Shown: positions 8,115-17,804 of the stretch, piece after piece
Layout of the letters: the number at the start of each line of letters is the position of its first letter
Position numbering within the stretch: position 1 is the stretch's first letter
NCBI GenBank assembly: GCA_043826845.1
Contig: JBDRPR010000197.1
Span: forward strand, 1-33,259
DNA from: Bacteroidota bacterium
GTDB lineage: Bacteria > Bacteroidota > Bacteroidia > Bacteroidales > CAYTAU01
Length of the DNA stretch: 33,259 nucleotides
Reading direction: 5' to 3'
Program-made: the position numbers and the translations under genes
Notes under the pieces: generated by a model
Told to the model about the DNA's origin: nothing
Databases searched by the model: none
The model's input: the letters and a program-made list of their open reading frames with translations, nothing else

Positions 8115-8911
8115 TGAACTGGCAATTTTATCAAATATATGTTTGTGTAATTATTGTTCTCTGGATATTGGGGAGTATTCTTTTGTATTCCGGAAAAAGA
8201 ACTTTTAAGTTTTTTTCTGATATATTTGTAGCTGCAGGAGTAATAACATTAATTGTATTCATAAGCAATCTCTGGACAAATCTTGACAGGCCACCTTTTC
8301 GTACTCTGGCTGAAACACGATTATGGTATGCATTTTTTCTTGCCTTTCTGGGATTATTACTATACTACCGCTGGAAAATAAAGTGGTTGCTTGTTTATAG
8401 TTTATTTCTGTCAATTGTCTTTTTGCTTATTAATTACTTTAAACCTGACACATTTGATCAGACTTTAATGCCGGCTTTACAAAGTCCGTGGTTTATTCCT
8501 CATGTTATTGTATATATGTTCGCTTATGCACTTTTAAGTGTTTCAGCGATTATTGCAACCAGGGATCTTTTTTTACTTTTGTTTCGCAACAAAGATGTCG
8601 GTAGCAGTTTGAACTATGCAGATAATCTGGTTTACATGGGTTTTGCTTTTTTAACATTTGGTTTATTGTTTGGAGCATTATGGGCAAAACAGGCATGGGG
8701 GCATTACTGGACTTGGGATCCTAAAGAAACATGGGCTTTTATTACCTGGCTGGTTTATCTCATCTATATCCATACCAGATACAGATATAGCACAATGACT
8801 AAACTGCCGTTGTGGATTCTGACATTTGCCATGATATTTTTACTTATTTGCTGGCTGGGAATAAACTATCTGGCTGTTGCACAAAACAGTGTGCATACAT
8901 ACACTCAATAA
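8114..8911 (+). CDS. ccsA: Cytochrome c biogenesis heme-handling protein CcsA/ResC
   Basis: Polytopic membrane protein with the Trp-rich WWD-type motif LWAKQAWGHYWTWDPKETWAFITWLVY. Its start overlaps the ccsB stop by 1 nt. Confidence 0.85.
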   Translation: MNWQFYQIYVCVIIVLWILGSILLYSGKRTFKFFSDIFVAAGVITLIVFISNLWTNLDRPPFRTLAETRLWYAFFLAFLGLLLYYRWKIKWLLVYSLFLSIVFLLINYFKPDTFDQTLMPALQSPWFIPHVIVYMFAYALLSVSAIIATRDLFLLLFRNKDVGSSLNYADNLVYMGFAFLTFGLLFGALWAKQAWGHYWTWDPKETWAFITWLVYLIYIHTRYRYSTMTKLPLWILTFAMIFLLICWLGINYLAVAQNSVHTYTQ

Positions 8912-9031
8912 GCATTAATTTTTTTTTCATTGCATTATTTTTACCTATTCTGTTAAGTTTTATCACTAAATAAAAAATTTATTTTTTTTGTAACTTTTAA
9001 AAATTCTCAGCGTATAAAAGCTCAGATTTTA

Positions 9032-9039
9032 TATATTTG
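9032..9039 (+). promoter_or_regulatory. Candidate -7 promoter box (TATATTTG) at the head of the catabolic cluster
   Basis: Exact TAnnTTTG match within the 384-bp AT-rich intergenic region. It lies 257 nt upstream of the ATG at 9296, which would imply a long leader. Confidence 0.3.
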
Positions 9040-9295
9040 CATATTACAATGATCTACCAGATTCACATAAAGCAATTATATCGCAATCTCAAAAACAGAG
9101 ACGGTTTTTGATCCTTACAGTCAATTCATTATTATTCTTATTTTTAAATAATTAAAATTTGTTAATTATATATCTGCTATTCGCAGAACTGTATATAATT
9201 AAGATAGTGGATTTACTAAACAAAATTCAATTTGTTTAATATCAGTGATGGCATATACAAAAGTTTTTAATTTTTAACTTTTAATTTTTAATATT

Positions 9296-11353
9296 ATGGT
9301 TACCGAACAACTTATTAATCCAAAAAGCATTGTTGTAATTGGGGGATCCAACACGGTTTCCAAACCGGGTGGCAAAGTCCTGTTCAATTTGAAAGATGGC
9401 CACTTTAAGGGGAACCTATATGTAGTTAATCCGAAAGAACCCGAAGTGCAAGGATTAAAAGCATTTGCAGATATCCGTGAACTACCTGAAGTTGATCTCG
9501 CGATATTGGCAATCGCAGCAAAATATTGTATAGAAACCGTTGAGGTTCTTGTAAAACAAAAAGGAACAAAAGCTTTCATCATTTTGTCAGCCGGTTTTAG
9601 CGAAGAAAATGAAGAAGGTGCTAAAATAGAAAAGCAAATTGTTGAGATTATTAATTCTGTCAATGGTTCCTTGATTGGCCCTAATTGTATAGGTTTCCTG
9701 AATCCCAATTATAGCGGTATTTTTACCACACCTATACCTAAACTTGATCCGATGGGATGTGATTTTATTTCCGGTTCAGGTGCTACTGCTGTATTTATTA
9801 TGGAATCAGGTATTCCCAAGGGTTTGACATTTTCAAGTGTTTATTCTGTTGGAAATTCGGCACAAATGGGAGTTGAGGAAGTCTTGAAATACATGGATGA
9901 GAGCTTTGATCCTGCCCGCAGTTCAAAAGTAAAATTACTGTATGTGGAAAATGTAAAAGACCCTGTCATGCTTTTAAAACATGCTTCTTCATTGATTCGC
10001 AAAGGTTGCCGAATTGCAGCAATAAAGTCCGGCTCATCAGAAGCCGGTAGCCGTGCTGCTTCATCGCACACAGGAGCACTGGCCTCCCCCGATGTGGCAG
10101 TTGACGCTTTATTCCGTAAAGCAGGAATTGTAAGATGTTACACAAGAGACGAACTTACAACTGTGGCTTCGGTATTTATGCATAAAGAACTTAAAGGAAA
10201 AAATATTGCAATTATTACTCATGCAGGCGGACCAGCAGTTATGCTTACCGATGCTTTGTCGAACGGCGGACTTGATGTCCCTCACATCGAAGGACCAAAA
10301 GCAAAAGAACTTCTTGAAAATTTATTTCCCGGATCTTCTGTAGCAAATCCTATAGATTTTCTTGCTACCGGAACTGCAGAGCAATTAGGAAAGATCATTG
10401 ATTCATGTGAAAAGGATTTTGATAACATCAATGCGATGATAGTGATATTTGGAAGTCCTGGATTATTTGATGTTTATGATGTTTACAGACTACTTGACGA
10501 AAAAATGAAAACCTGTAGAAAACCTGTTTTCCCTGTATTGCCATCAATTATTAATGCTGAAAAAGAAATTGCAGATTTTCTTTCAAAAGGAAGAATAAAC
10601 TTTCCTGAAGAAGGTTCGTTAGGTAATGCTTTGACAAAAATATTTTATACATCAAAACCTGCTCCTGAAAAAATTGAATTACCAGAAATAGATACAGACA
10701 GGATTCGTAGTGTGATAAACAATTCTCAGAATGGATATCTGTCGCCTGATGCTGTTCAGATATTGCTTGATTCAGCAGGGATACCAAGGGCAGGAGAGGC
10801 TGTTGTTAATACAAAGGACGATGCATTGAAAGTTGCAGAAAAATTAGGATACCCTGTTGTAATGAAAGTGGTTGGGCCTGTTCATAAATCAGATGTTGGA
10901 GGAGTTGTTCTTGATGTTAAAGACGCTTCTACAGTTGGAAATGAATTCGATAGGATGATTAAAATAAAAGATACAACTGCAATCCTTATTCAGCCAATGC
11001 TTTCCGGTATTGAATTATTTGCTGGTGCAAAAAAAGATGAAAAATTTGGACATATGGTACTTTGTGGGTTAGGCGGGATATTTATAGAAGTTCTGAAAGA
11101 TGTGAATTCAGGCCTTGCTCCGCTCACAAAGGATGAAGCTTTAAAGATGATACGTTCCTTAAAAAGTTATGGTATCATTAAAGGAGCCAGAGGAAAGGAA
11201 GGTGTAAACGAAGAAATATTTACTGATATTGTTTTTCGTTTATCTGCACTTGTTACAGTTGCTCCCGAAATATTTGAAATGGATTTGAATCCTTTGTTAG
11301 GGAAGAAAGATAAAGTTGTTGCCGTGGATGCAAGGATACGTATTGAAAAATAA
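9296..11353 (+). CDS. ADP-forming acyl-CoA synthetase (acetate--CoA ligase family, fused alpha/beta)
   Basis: CoA-binding N-terminus (NPKSIVVIGGSN), a phosphohistidine loop (SSHTGALAS) and a C-terminal ATP-grasp (GYPVVMKVVGPVHKSDVGGVVLDV). Confidence 0.85.
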   Translation: MVTEQLINPKSIVVIGGSNTVSKPGGKVLFNLKDGHFKGNLYVVNPKEPEVQGLKAFADIRELPEVDLAILAIAAKYCIETVEVLVKQKGTKAFIILSAGFSEENEEGAKIEKQIVEIINSVNGSLIGPNCIGFLNPNYSGIFTTPIPKLDPMGCDFISGSGATAVFIMESGIPKGLTFSSVYSVGNSAQMGVEEVLKYMDESFDPARSSKVKLLYVENVKDPVMLLKHASSLIRKGCRIAAIKSGSSEAGSRAASSHTGALASPDVAVDALFRKAGIVRCYTRDELTTVASVFMHKELKGKNIAIITHAGGPAVMLTDALSNGGLDVPHIEGPKAKELLENLFPGSSVANPIDFLATGTAEQLGKIIDSCEKDFDNINAMIVIFGSPGLFDVYDVYRLLDEKMKTCRKPVFPVLPSIINAEKEIADFLSKGRINFPEEGSLGNALTKIFYTSKPAPEKIELPEIDTDRIRSVINNSQNGYLSPDAVQILLDSAGIPRAGEAVVNTKDDALKVAEKLGYPVVMKVVGPVHKSDVGGVVLDVKDASTVGNEFDRMIKIKDTTAILIQPMLSGIELFAGAKKDEKFGHMVLCGLGGIFIEVLKDVNSGLAPLTKDEALKMIRSLKSYGIIKGARGKEGVNEEIFTDIVFRLSALVTVAPEIFEMDLNPLLGKKDKVVAVDARIRIEK

Positions 11354-11381
11354 AATAAGTTAAACCACAAACAATATTACT

Positions 11382-13889
11382 ATGGCACGTTTTAATGAGA
11401 TTGTAGAATCAATACCAGGTAGTAAATATATTTTACAGGGCAACGAGGCTTTTGCACTTGGAGTTATTCATGCAGGTTACCATGCTGCCGATGGATATCC
11501 TGGAACGCCTAGTACTGAGGTAATTGATAAATCTTTAAAATATGTTCAGGATAAAATTACAGTTGGCTGGTCAGTTAATGAAGCTGTTGCTGTGGGTGTT
11601 GCAATTGGACATTCTATTGCAGGTTCTGATACAGTGGTTACAATGAAGATTCCCGGCGTTTTCCAGGCAGGCGATCCTATTACTACTTCTGCTTTTTACA
11701 CAGCAGACGCAGGAGCATTGGTTATTTATGCAGCAACAGACTATATTCCCTCAAGTACTCAGCATGTTATTGATTCAAGATATTTTTTCAGTTCTTCACG
11801 AATACCTGTAATTGAACCAAGAAATCATCAGGAAATGTACGAAACAGCATGGATTGCTGCCGATATAAGCAGACAATTCAAAACTCCGGTAGTCATTCTA
11901 GCTTCAGGAATTTTAGCACATTCAGAAGGTCTTGTAATTACAAAAGAACCCAGAAAAATTGAACGACGCCCACTCCCTGAAAAACTTCATGCATGGATGT
12001 TGATGCCGGGAATTGCCCGTCAGAATTATAATAAAGCAACACAGGAACGTATTCCTCAAATTAGTGAATGGCTCGAAGATTCACATCTTATTTCCGAAGA
12101 AGAAGGAAGTGAAGACTGGGGCATTATCCTTTGTGGAGAAAGTGATATTATTGCAAGGGAGGCATTAAAAAACATTAAGAAAAAACCTTCTATACTTTCT
12201 CTTGGAATGACTTACCCATTACCAAAAGATAGAATTATAAAATTTGCTACAGGCATTAAAGGAAAAATATTCGTTATTGAAGATGGAGATCGATATCTCG
12301 AAAATCAAATCCGGCTTTTATCTATCCCTGTTATTGGCAAAGTAGAAAACAGCATTATTACTGACTGGACACCGGAAATGATCATCGAACAATTATCAAA
12401 ACATATTGATGTAAATTATAAAGTAAAAAAACAGGAAATTAATATTAAATCTGTCACCAGACCTCCATCTATTTGCCCCGGATGTCCTTACAGAGCATTT
12501 GCATTATCTGTAGATAAATTAAAAAAGAAGAAGAAAATTTATGCAGCATTTGGAGACATTGGATGCTCGACACTTTTATTCTTCCTTAACTCTTTAGATA
12601 CCGTTTGTTGTATGGGCGCTTCTGATTCCCTGCGACAGGGTTTTGTATTATCAAGGCCGGAATATGCTTCTAAAACCATTAGTATTATTGGTGATTCATG
12701 CGAATGCCATACAGGTCTTGATTCGACAAGAAATGCCATTTTCAGGCATACTCCTGGTATCAAAGTGATTCTTGACAATTCAATTACTGCGATGACAGGT
12801 GGACAACCTGCTCCAACCAGTAAAGTGAACCTGGCTGGTATTCCCAATATTTTTAATCTAAAACGTGCTGTTGAAGCAGAAGGTGGAAGAATGGTAGTTG
12901 TGGATTCATATAACTTAAAAGAAGTTGAAAATGCTCTTGTTGAATCTTTGGAAGAGGCTGAAAAAGGAATATTTACAACAATGATTCTGGAAGGTCAGTG
13001 CATTCAGGAGGTTGAAAATATAAAGAAAATCCGAAAAATTTCCCGTAATTATGATCTTTGTAAAAGATGTATGCGCTGCAATGTTTGTCCTGGGATTGAA
13101 TTTGATGCCGAAAAAAAACCAAACTTTACAAATCTTTGTACATTTTGCGGTGGAAGTACTCCAGTGTGTATGCAGCGTTGCCCTTTTGATGCAATAATCT
13201 ATGACGAGAATGCTACTGAAAAAATAAGTCCACCTACATTTGAAAAAGTCGGAGAAATAGAAATTCCGGTTACGGAAAAAGAAAAGTTGCCTGAATCACT
13301 AAGATTAGCAATAAGGGGTATTGGCGGACAAGGAAATTTATTCTTTGGTAAAGTTCTTTCAGAAGTTGTTTTAAGAACACCGTACGCAGAATCAAATATT
13401 GTAAAGGGCGATACTCATGGAATGGCTCAACTTGGCGGACCTGTCATTTCAACATTCAGTTGCGGTACTGTTTATTCTCCGGTATTGGCACCAGGTTCAG
13501 CAGATGTATTAATTGTAATGGAAGTTAGCGAAGTACTTCGCCCGGGATTCCTCGAACTTTTAAAACCAGACGGGACTATACTGTTCAATAATTTTTCGGT
13601 ATTACCAGTAGCGATAAAAAGGGAAGATTATCCCGATACAAATAATATTTTCGATGCGTTAAAAGAATATAGTCTGATCAAAATTGATGCAAACAAAATT
13701 GCTTACGGACTTGGTGATGTAAACGGGAAAACAGCGAATGTGGTTGTGCTTGGCTTGTTATCAACAATTGTTCCGTTCAACAGTATTCCGGAAAAAGTAT
13801 GGCTTAACGCATTGATGGCAATTTCACCGAATGATTTTATAAAAGCAACTAACAAATTGTCATTTGAGGCAGGCAGAAAACAGAATTAA
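11382..13889 (+). CDS. iorAB: Indolepyruvate/arylpyruvate:ferredoxin oxidoreductase, IorA-IorB fusion
   Basis: IorA-like N-terminus (GNEAFALGVIHAGYHAADGYPGTPSTEV). TPP-type motifs (GDIGCSTL, GDSCECHTGLDS). Two Cys clusters (CKRCMRCNVCPG, CTFCGGSTPVCMQRCPFD). The last ~190 aa (LAIRGIGGQGNLFFGKVLSE...GDTHGMAQLGGPV) look like IorB/gamma subunits, all in one uninterrupted ORF. Confidence 0.8.
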   Translation: MARFNEIVESIPGSKYILQGNEAFALGVIHAGYHAADGYPGTPSTEVIDKSLKYVQDKITVGWSVNEAVAVGVAIGHSIAGSDTVVTMKIPGVFQAGDPITTSAFYTADAGALVIYAATDYIPSSTQHVIDSRYFFSSSRIPVIEPRNHQEMYETAWIAADISRQFKTPVVILASGILAHSEGLVITKEPRKIERRPLPEKLHAWMLMPGIARQNYNKATQERIPQISEWLEDSHLISEEEGSEDWGIILCGESDIIAREALKNIKKKPSILSLGMTYPLPKDRIIKFATGIKGKIFVIEDGDRYLENQIRLLSIPVIGKVENSIITDWTPEMIIEQLSKHIDVNYKVKKQEINIKSVTRPPSICPGCPYRAFALSVDKLKKKKKIYAAFGDIGCSTLLFFLNSLDTVCCMGASDSLRQGFVLSRPEYASKTISIIGDSCECHTGLDSTRNAIFRHTPGIKVILDNSITAMTGGQPAPTSKVNLAGIPNIFNLKRAVEAEGGRMVVVDSYNLKEVENALVESLEEAEKGIFTTMILEGQCIQEVENIKKIRKISRNYDLCKRCMRCNVCPGIEFDAEKKPNFTNLCTFCGGSTPVCMQRCPFDAIIYDENATEKISPPTFEKVGEIEIPVTEKEKLPESLRLAIRGIGGQGNLFFGKVLSEVVLRTPYAESNIVKGDTHGMAQLGGPVISTFSCGTVYSPVLAPGSADVLIVMEVSEVLRPGFLELLKPDGTILFNNFSVLPVAIKREDYPDTNNIFDALKEYSLIKIDANKIAYGLGDVNGKTANVVVLGLLSTIVPFNSIPEKVWLNALMAISPNDFIKATNKLSFEAGRKQN

Positions 13890-13935
13890 TTATAAATTTT
13901 TTTTCATAAATATAATATTTGAAAAGTAAAAAATT

Positions 13936-15243
13936 ATGGAAACGCCAATTAAAAAAGAGTTTGTCGAACAGGCAATTAAAGAAAGTGGCTTGAAAGATGT
14001 AGGTCGTGCTTCGATCAGAGAATTGAAGTGGCTGATCAACAGGATAGAAAAATTAAGTGATACACTATTTATCAGAATGGAAATGGGTGTTCCCGGACTC
14101 CCTGCTCCAAGGATTGCTATTGAAGCAGAAAAAGCTGCATTGGATGCAGGCGTAGCATCCCTATATCCCGATCTTGACGGTTTACCTGCATTGAAAACAG
14201 AAGTTTCACGATTTGTAAAAAACTTTCTTAATGTTGATGTAACACCTCGCTCTTGTATTCCAACGGCCGGCAGTATCAATGCGGCATATGCTACATTGAT
14301 GGTGGCAGGAAGACGGGATGTAAAAAAGGATACTGTTCTGTTTATTGATCCGGGATTTCCTGTACATAAACAACTTGTTAAAATGATTGGTTTAAAACAG
14401 ACAGCTTTTGATGTATATAATTTCCGTGGCGAAAAACTGAGAGATAAATTAGAATCGATTCTTGAAAAAAGAAATATTTCTGTAATTTTATATTCCAATC
14501 CGAACAATCCTTCATGGATTTGTTTTAATGACGAAGAACTCGCTATAATAGCTGAACTTGCAGTGAAGTATGATGTTATTATTGCTGAAGATTTAGCTTA
14601 TTTTGCTATGGATTTCCGTAAAGATCTTTCGGTACCAGGTCAGCCACCATATCAACCTTCTATTGCGAAATTTATGGATAATTATGTGCTGCTCATTTCT
14701 GCATCCAAATCATTCAGCTATGCTGGACAACGTATTGCTATGATGGTAATTTCAGATAAATTATTCGAATCCAGTTATCCTGATCTCACACGTTTCTACT
14801 CATATCCCGATTTTGGGCATAGCATTGTTCACGGAACGGTATATACAACGACCGCAGGTGCATCACATTCTGCTCAATACGGCATTGCCGCCATGCTGAA
14901 AGCTGTTAATGACGGCACCTACAATTTTGTTGAAGCTATCAGCGAATATGGTGAAAGAGCAAAAATTCTGAAAAAAATGTTAATTAATAACGGATTTAAT
15001 ATTGTTTATGATAAAGACATTGATCAGCCGATTGGGGATGGTTTTTATTTTACGATTTCATATCCAGGGCTTTCAGGCGAGGATTTGCTCCTTGAATTAT
15101 TAGATTATGGAATAAGCGCCATATCTCTTTCAATTACCGGAAGCGAAAGAACTGAAGGTTTGCGTGCATGTGTGTCACTTATCCAACGAAATATGTTTGA
15201 AGAACTGGAGGACAGATTAAAAAAGTTCAATAAAAATCATTAA
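13936..15243 (+). CDS. PLP-dependent aminotransferase (class I/II)
   Basis: YSNPNNPSW and the Schiff-base lysine motif SASKSFSYAGQRIA. 435 aa. Confidence 0.85.
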   Translation: METPIKKEFVEQAIKESGLKDVGRASIRELKWLINRIEKLSDTLFIRMEMGVPGLPAPRIAIEAEKAALDAGVASLYPDLDGLPALKTEVSRFVKNFLNVDVTPRSCIPTAGSINAAYATLMVAGRRDVKKDTVLFIDPGFPVHKQLVKMIGLKQTAFDVYNFRGEKLRDKLESILEKRNISVILYSNPNNPSWICFNDEELAIIAELAVKYDVIIAEDLAYFAMDFRKDLSVPGQPPYQPSIAKFMDNYVLLISASKSFSYAGQRIAMMVISDKLFESSYPDLTRFYSYPDFGHSIVHGTVYTTTAGASHSAQYGIAAMLKAVNDGTYNFVEAISEYGERAKILKKMLINNGFNIVYDKDIDQPIGDGFYFTISYPGLSGEDLLLELLDYGISAISLSITGSERTEGLRACVSLIQRNMFEELEDRLKKFNKNH

Positions 15244-15262
15244 AAATATTTCCATAGCAAAA

Positions 15263-17728
15263 ATGAATAATAACGAGACCATAAAAGAAAGAGAAATTAA
15301 AGGCGTCCCATCCACCTTTCGGGTTGAAAAAAGATATTCCGAATTACTGAAACATGAACCTTACATCGATTCGGAACGGGCAGTTTTATATACCGATTAT
15401 ATCAGGAAACATTCGGATGATGATAATTATCTGAAAGCCGGTGGAGCATTAAAACATGTTTTTTCTAATCTTACTGCAAAAATTTGGGAAGATGAATTAT
15501 TAGTTGGTAATATTTCACGATATTTCAAGGGAACACAAGTATATCCTGAATATGAAGCATGGATGCTCGATGGATTTAAAAAAATAAACCGTGAAGAAGA
15601 ACGCTACATTGAAGGAACACTTCAGAAGAAAAAAGATGACAGACTTGGCATATATTTAATCAAACCTTCTGATAAAGAACAAATACTTGAGGTTGCAAAG
15701 TGCTGGGAAAAAACAAATTGGAGAATACTTTCTGAAAAAGTTCTCAGAGAAACAAAAAGTGATTTCACCCTTGTAGAAAAATGGATGCAACAACTAGTAT
15801 TTCTGCGGTTCATGTTCGATGTGCCGGAAGGAAGGGTGATTGTTGATTATCAAAAAATAATTGATGAAGGTGTAGATGGCTTGATATCATCTGTTGACAA
15901 AAAACTTTCCGGACTCTTAAATAATAGTTCAAAAGAAAAAACCGACAAGTATTATTTTTATTGCGGGATAAAACTTGCGCTTGAAGGAGTGATAAATTTT
16001 GCAGAAAATCATGCAAAAGAAGCAGAACGTCTTGCTGTTGATTGTGCTGATAAAAAACGCAGAGATGAATTATTAGAAATAGCACGGATTTGCAGAAAAG
16101 TCCCACGTAAATCTGCTGATACTTTTCGCGAAGCAATGCAATCGTTCTGGTTTGTGCATGTATGTCTTTTTATTGAACTGAACGGACGCGGGATTTCGCC
16201 AGGAAGGTTTGATCAGTACATGTACCGGCCTTTCAAAAATGATATTTCTTCAGGCAAGTTAACCAATAATAATGCATTGGAATTATTGGAATTGATGCGC
16301 ATAAAATGTGCAGAGATTACACGGGCTCACGCCACATTTACCGAGGCCTATCTTGGCGGAAGTGTTTATCAGAATTTAACTTTAGGTGGTGTTGATAAAT
16401 ACGGAAATGCCTGTAACAACGAGCTTTCAGAACTAGTTCTGCAATCAGGAATAAACGTCAAGACCTGGCAACCCACCATCTCAGTTCGCTGGACTGAAAA
16501 TATGAATGAAGAATTCAAACATAAAGTTGTTGATTGCATAAAAGCAGGGTCAGGATATCCTGCATTATTTAATGATGAAATTGCAATAGAACGATTTATA
16601 AAAAACACCAAAGCGTCTGTTGAAGATGCCCGTGACTGGGCTCCATGTGGTTGTGTTGATATGCAGATATGTGGAAAACGTATGCCTATGTATGCTGTTC
16701 CTCATACGAACAACCTAAAGATTTTTGAGTTGGTGATGAACAATGGAATTAATCCAGTTACAGGAGATAAACTTATTAATTGTAGTGTTGATATTGAAAA
16801 AGCAACTTATAATGAGATATTAAACGAATTTAAAAAAGCAACCGCATATATAATTAAAAAAGAAGAAGAATACTGGAATTCTATTATGATTGTCCATAAC
16901 GATATGGGCCTTGTACATCCTTTTATGACTTCTTTGCTTGAAGACTGTATTGAAAAAGGAATAGATTCTTATAAAGGTGGGTGTAGATACAGCGATTCTG
17001 CATATGTGATTTCATGCGGAATGGTGAACGTGGCTAACAGTCTTGCAGCTATTAAGAAAAATGTCTTTGATGAAAAAACCCTTACAATAAAAGATATTAG
17101 GGCTGCAATTAAAGATAATTTCGTTGGTCATGAAAAACTCAGAAAAAGTTTACTTGATGCTCCAAAATATGGAAATGACAACGATTATGTAGATAATATT
17201 CTTGCGGATCTTTATATCAATTGGTCAGAGGTAGCACAAAGTACTAAAAACTGGGTAGGTGAATCATGGCAACCCAGCACACTTTCAGTTACCACTCAGG
17301 TTCTTCATGGGAAAGCATGTGGTGCTTCACCTGATGGACGTTCTGCCGGCGAGTATGTTGGAGATGGCGCAATATCTGCTTTTCCGGGAACTGACACCTG
17401 TGGACCTACCAGCCTTATAAAATCTGCAGTAAAAATAAATGCGAAAGAACTTCAGTCAACTTTATTCAATATTAAATTCAATCCTGTTGCTATTGAAGGA
17501 AAAGCCGGTGCTGATAAGTTCATTAAGTTGAATGAAACCTATTTCAAAATGGGAGGTTATCAGGTGCAATACAACATTGTCGATAGCAAGATGCTTTCTG
17601 ATGCACAGAAAAATCCTGAAAAATATTCAGACCTCATGGTCAGGGTCGCTGGTTTCACAGCCCGCTTCATTGACCTTGGACCAGATGTTCAAAGACAAAT
17701 TATTGAAAGAACTCAGTTCGATGAATAA
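15263..17728 (+). CDS. Glycyl radical enzyme (PFL2/eliminase-decarboxylase-like), substrate unknown
   Basis: VYQNLTLGGVD, thiyl loop APCGCVDMQ (Cys464 by my codon count), APKYGNDNDYVD, GASPDGRSAG, and the glycyl-radical motif MVRVAGFTARF (Gly797). Confidence 0.9.
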   Translation: MNNNETIKEREIKGVPSTFRVEKRYSELLKHEPYIDSERAVLYTDYIRKHSDDDNYLKAGGALKHVFSNLTAKIWEDELLVGNISRYFKGTQVYPEYEAWMLDGFKKINREEERYIEGTLQKKKDDRLGIYLIKPSDKEQILEVAKCWEKTNWRILSEKVLRETKSDFTLVEKWMQQLVFLRFMFDVPEGRVIVDYQKIIDEGVDGLISSVDKKLSGLLNNSSKEKTDKYYFYCGIKLALEGVINFAENHAKEAERLAVDCADKKRRDELLEIARICRKVPRKSADTFREAMQSFWFVHVCLFIELNGRGISPGRFDQYMYRPFKNDISSGKLTNNNALELLELMRIKCAEITRAHATFTEAYLGGSVYQNLTLGGVDKYGNACNNELSELVLQSGINVKTWQPTISVRWTENMNEEFKHKVVDCIKAGSGYPALFNDEIAIERFIKNTKASVEDARDWAPCGCVDMQICGKRMPMYAVPHTNNLKIFELVMNNGINPVTGDKLINCSVDIEKATYNEILNEFKKATAYIIKKEEEYWNSIMIVHNDMGLVHPFMTSLLEDCIEKGIDSYKGGCRYSDSAYVISCGMVNVANSLAAIKKNVFDEKTLTIKDIRAAIKDNFVGHEKLRKSLLDAPKYGNDNDYVDNILADLYINWSEVAQSTKNWVGESWQPSTLSVTTQVLHGKACGASPDGRSAGEYVGDGAISAFPGTDTCGPTSLIKSAVKINAKELQSTLFNIKFNPVAIEGKAGADKFIKLNETYFKMGGYQVQYNIVDSKMLSDAQKNPEKYSDLMVRVAGFTARFIDLGPDVQRQIIERTQFDE

Positions 17729-17767
17729 ACACATTTTTTAAGAAAGAATAATTTGTTATTATTTTTG

Positions 17768-17775
17768 TATATTTG
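17768..17775 (+). promoter_or_regulatory. Candidate internal -7 promoter box (TATATTTG) upstream of the AOR genes
   Basis: Exact TAnnTTTG match, 30 nt upstream of the ATG at 17805, in the 76-nt gap after the GRE gene. Confidence 0.35.
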
Positions 17776-17804
17776 ATACTTTAAATTTTTTAGAAAAAAT
17801 CTAT

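Noticed and set aside
3996-17728. A link between the GRE and the sulfur-relay operon as an isethionate/taurine sulfite-lyase pathway (aminotransferase + IslA-like GRE + sulfur handling).
   Set aside because: The two gene sets are separated by a terminator hairpin, ccsBA and a 384-bp spacer. No sulfite reductase or sulfoacetaldehyde reductase is present. The GRE thiyl loop (CVD) differs from the CVE loop I recall for IslA.
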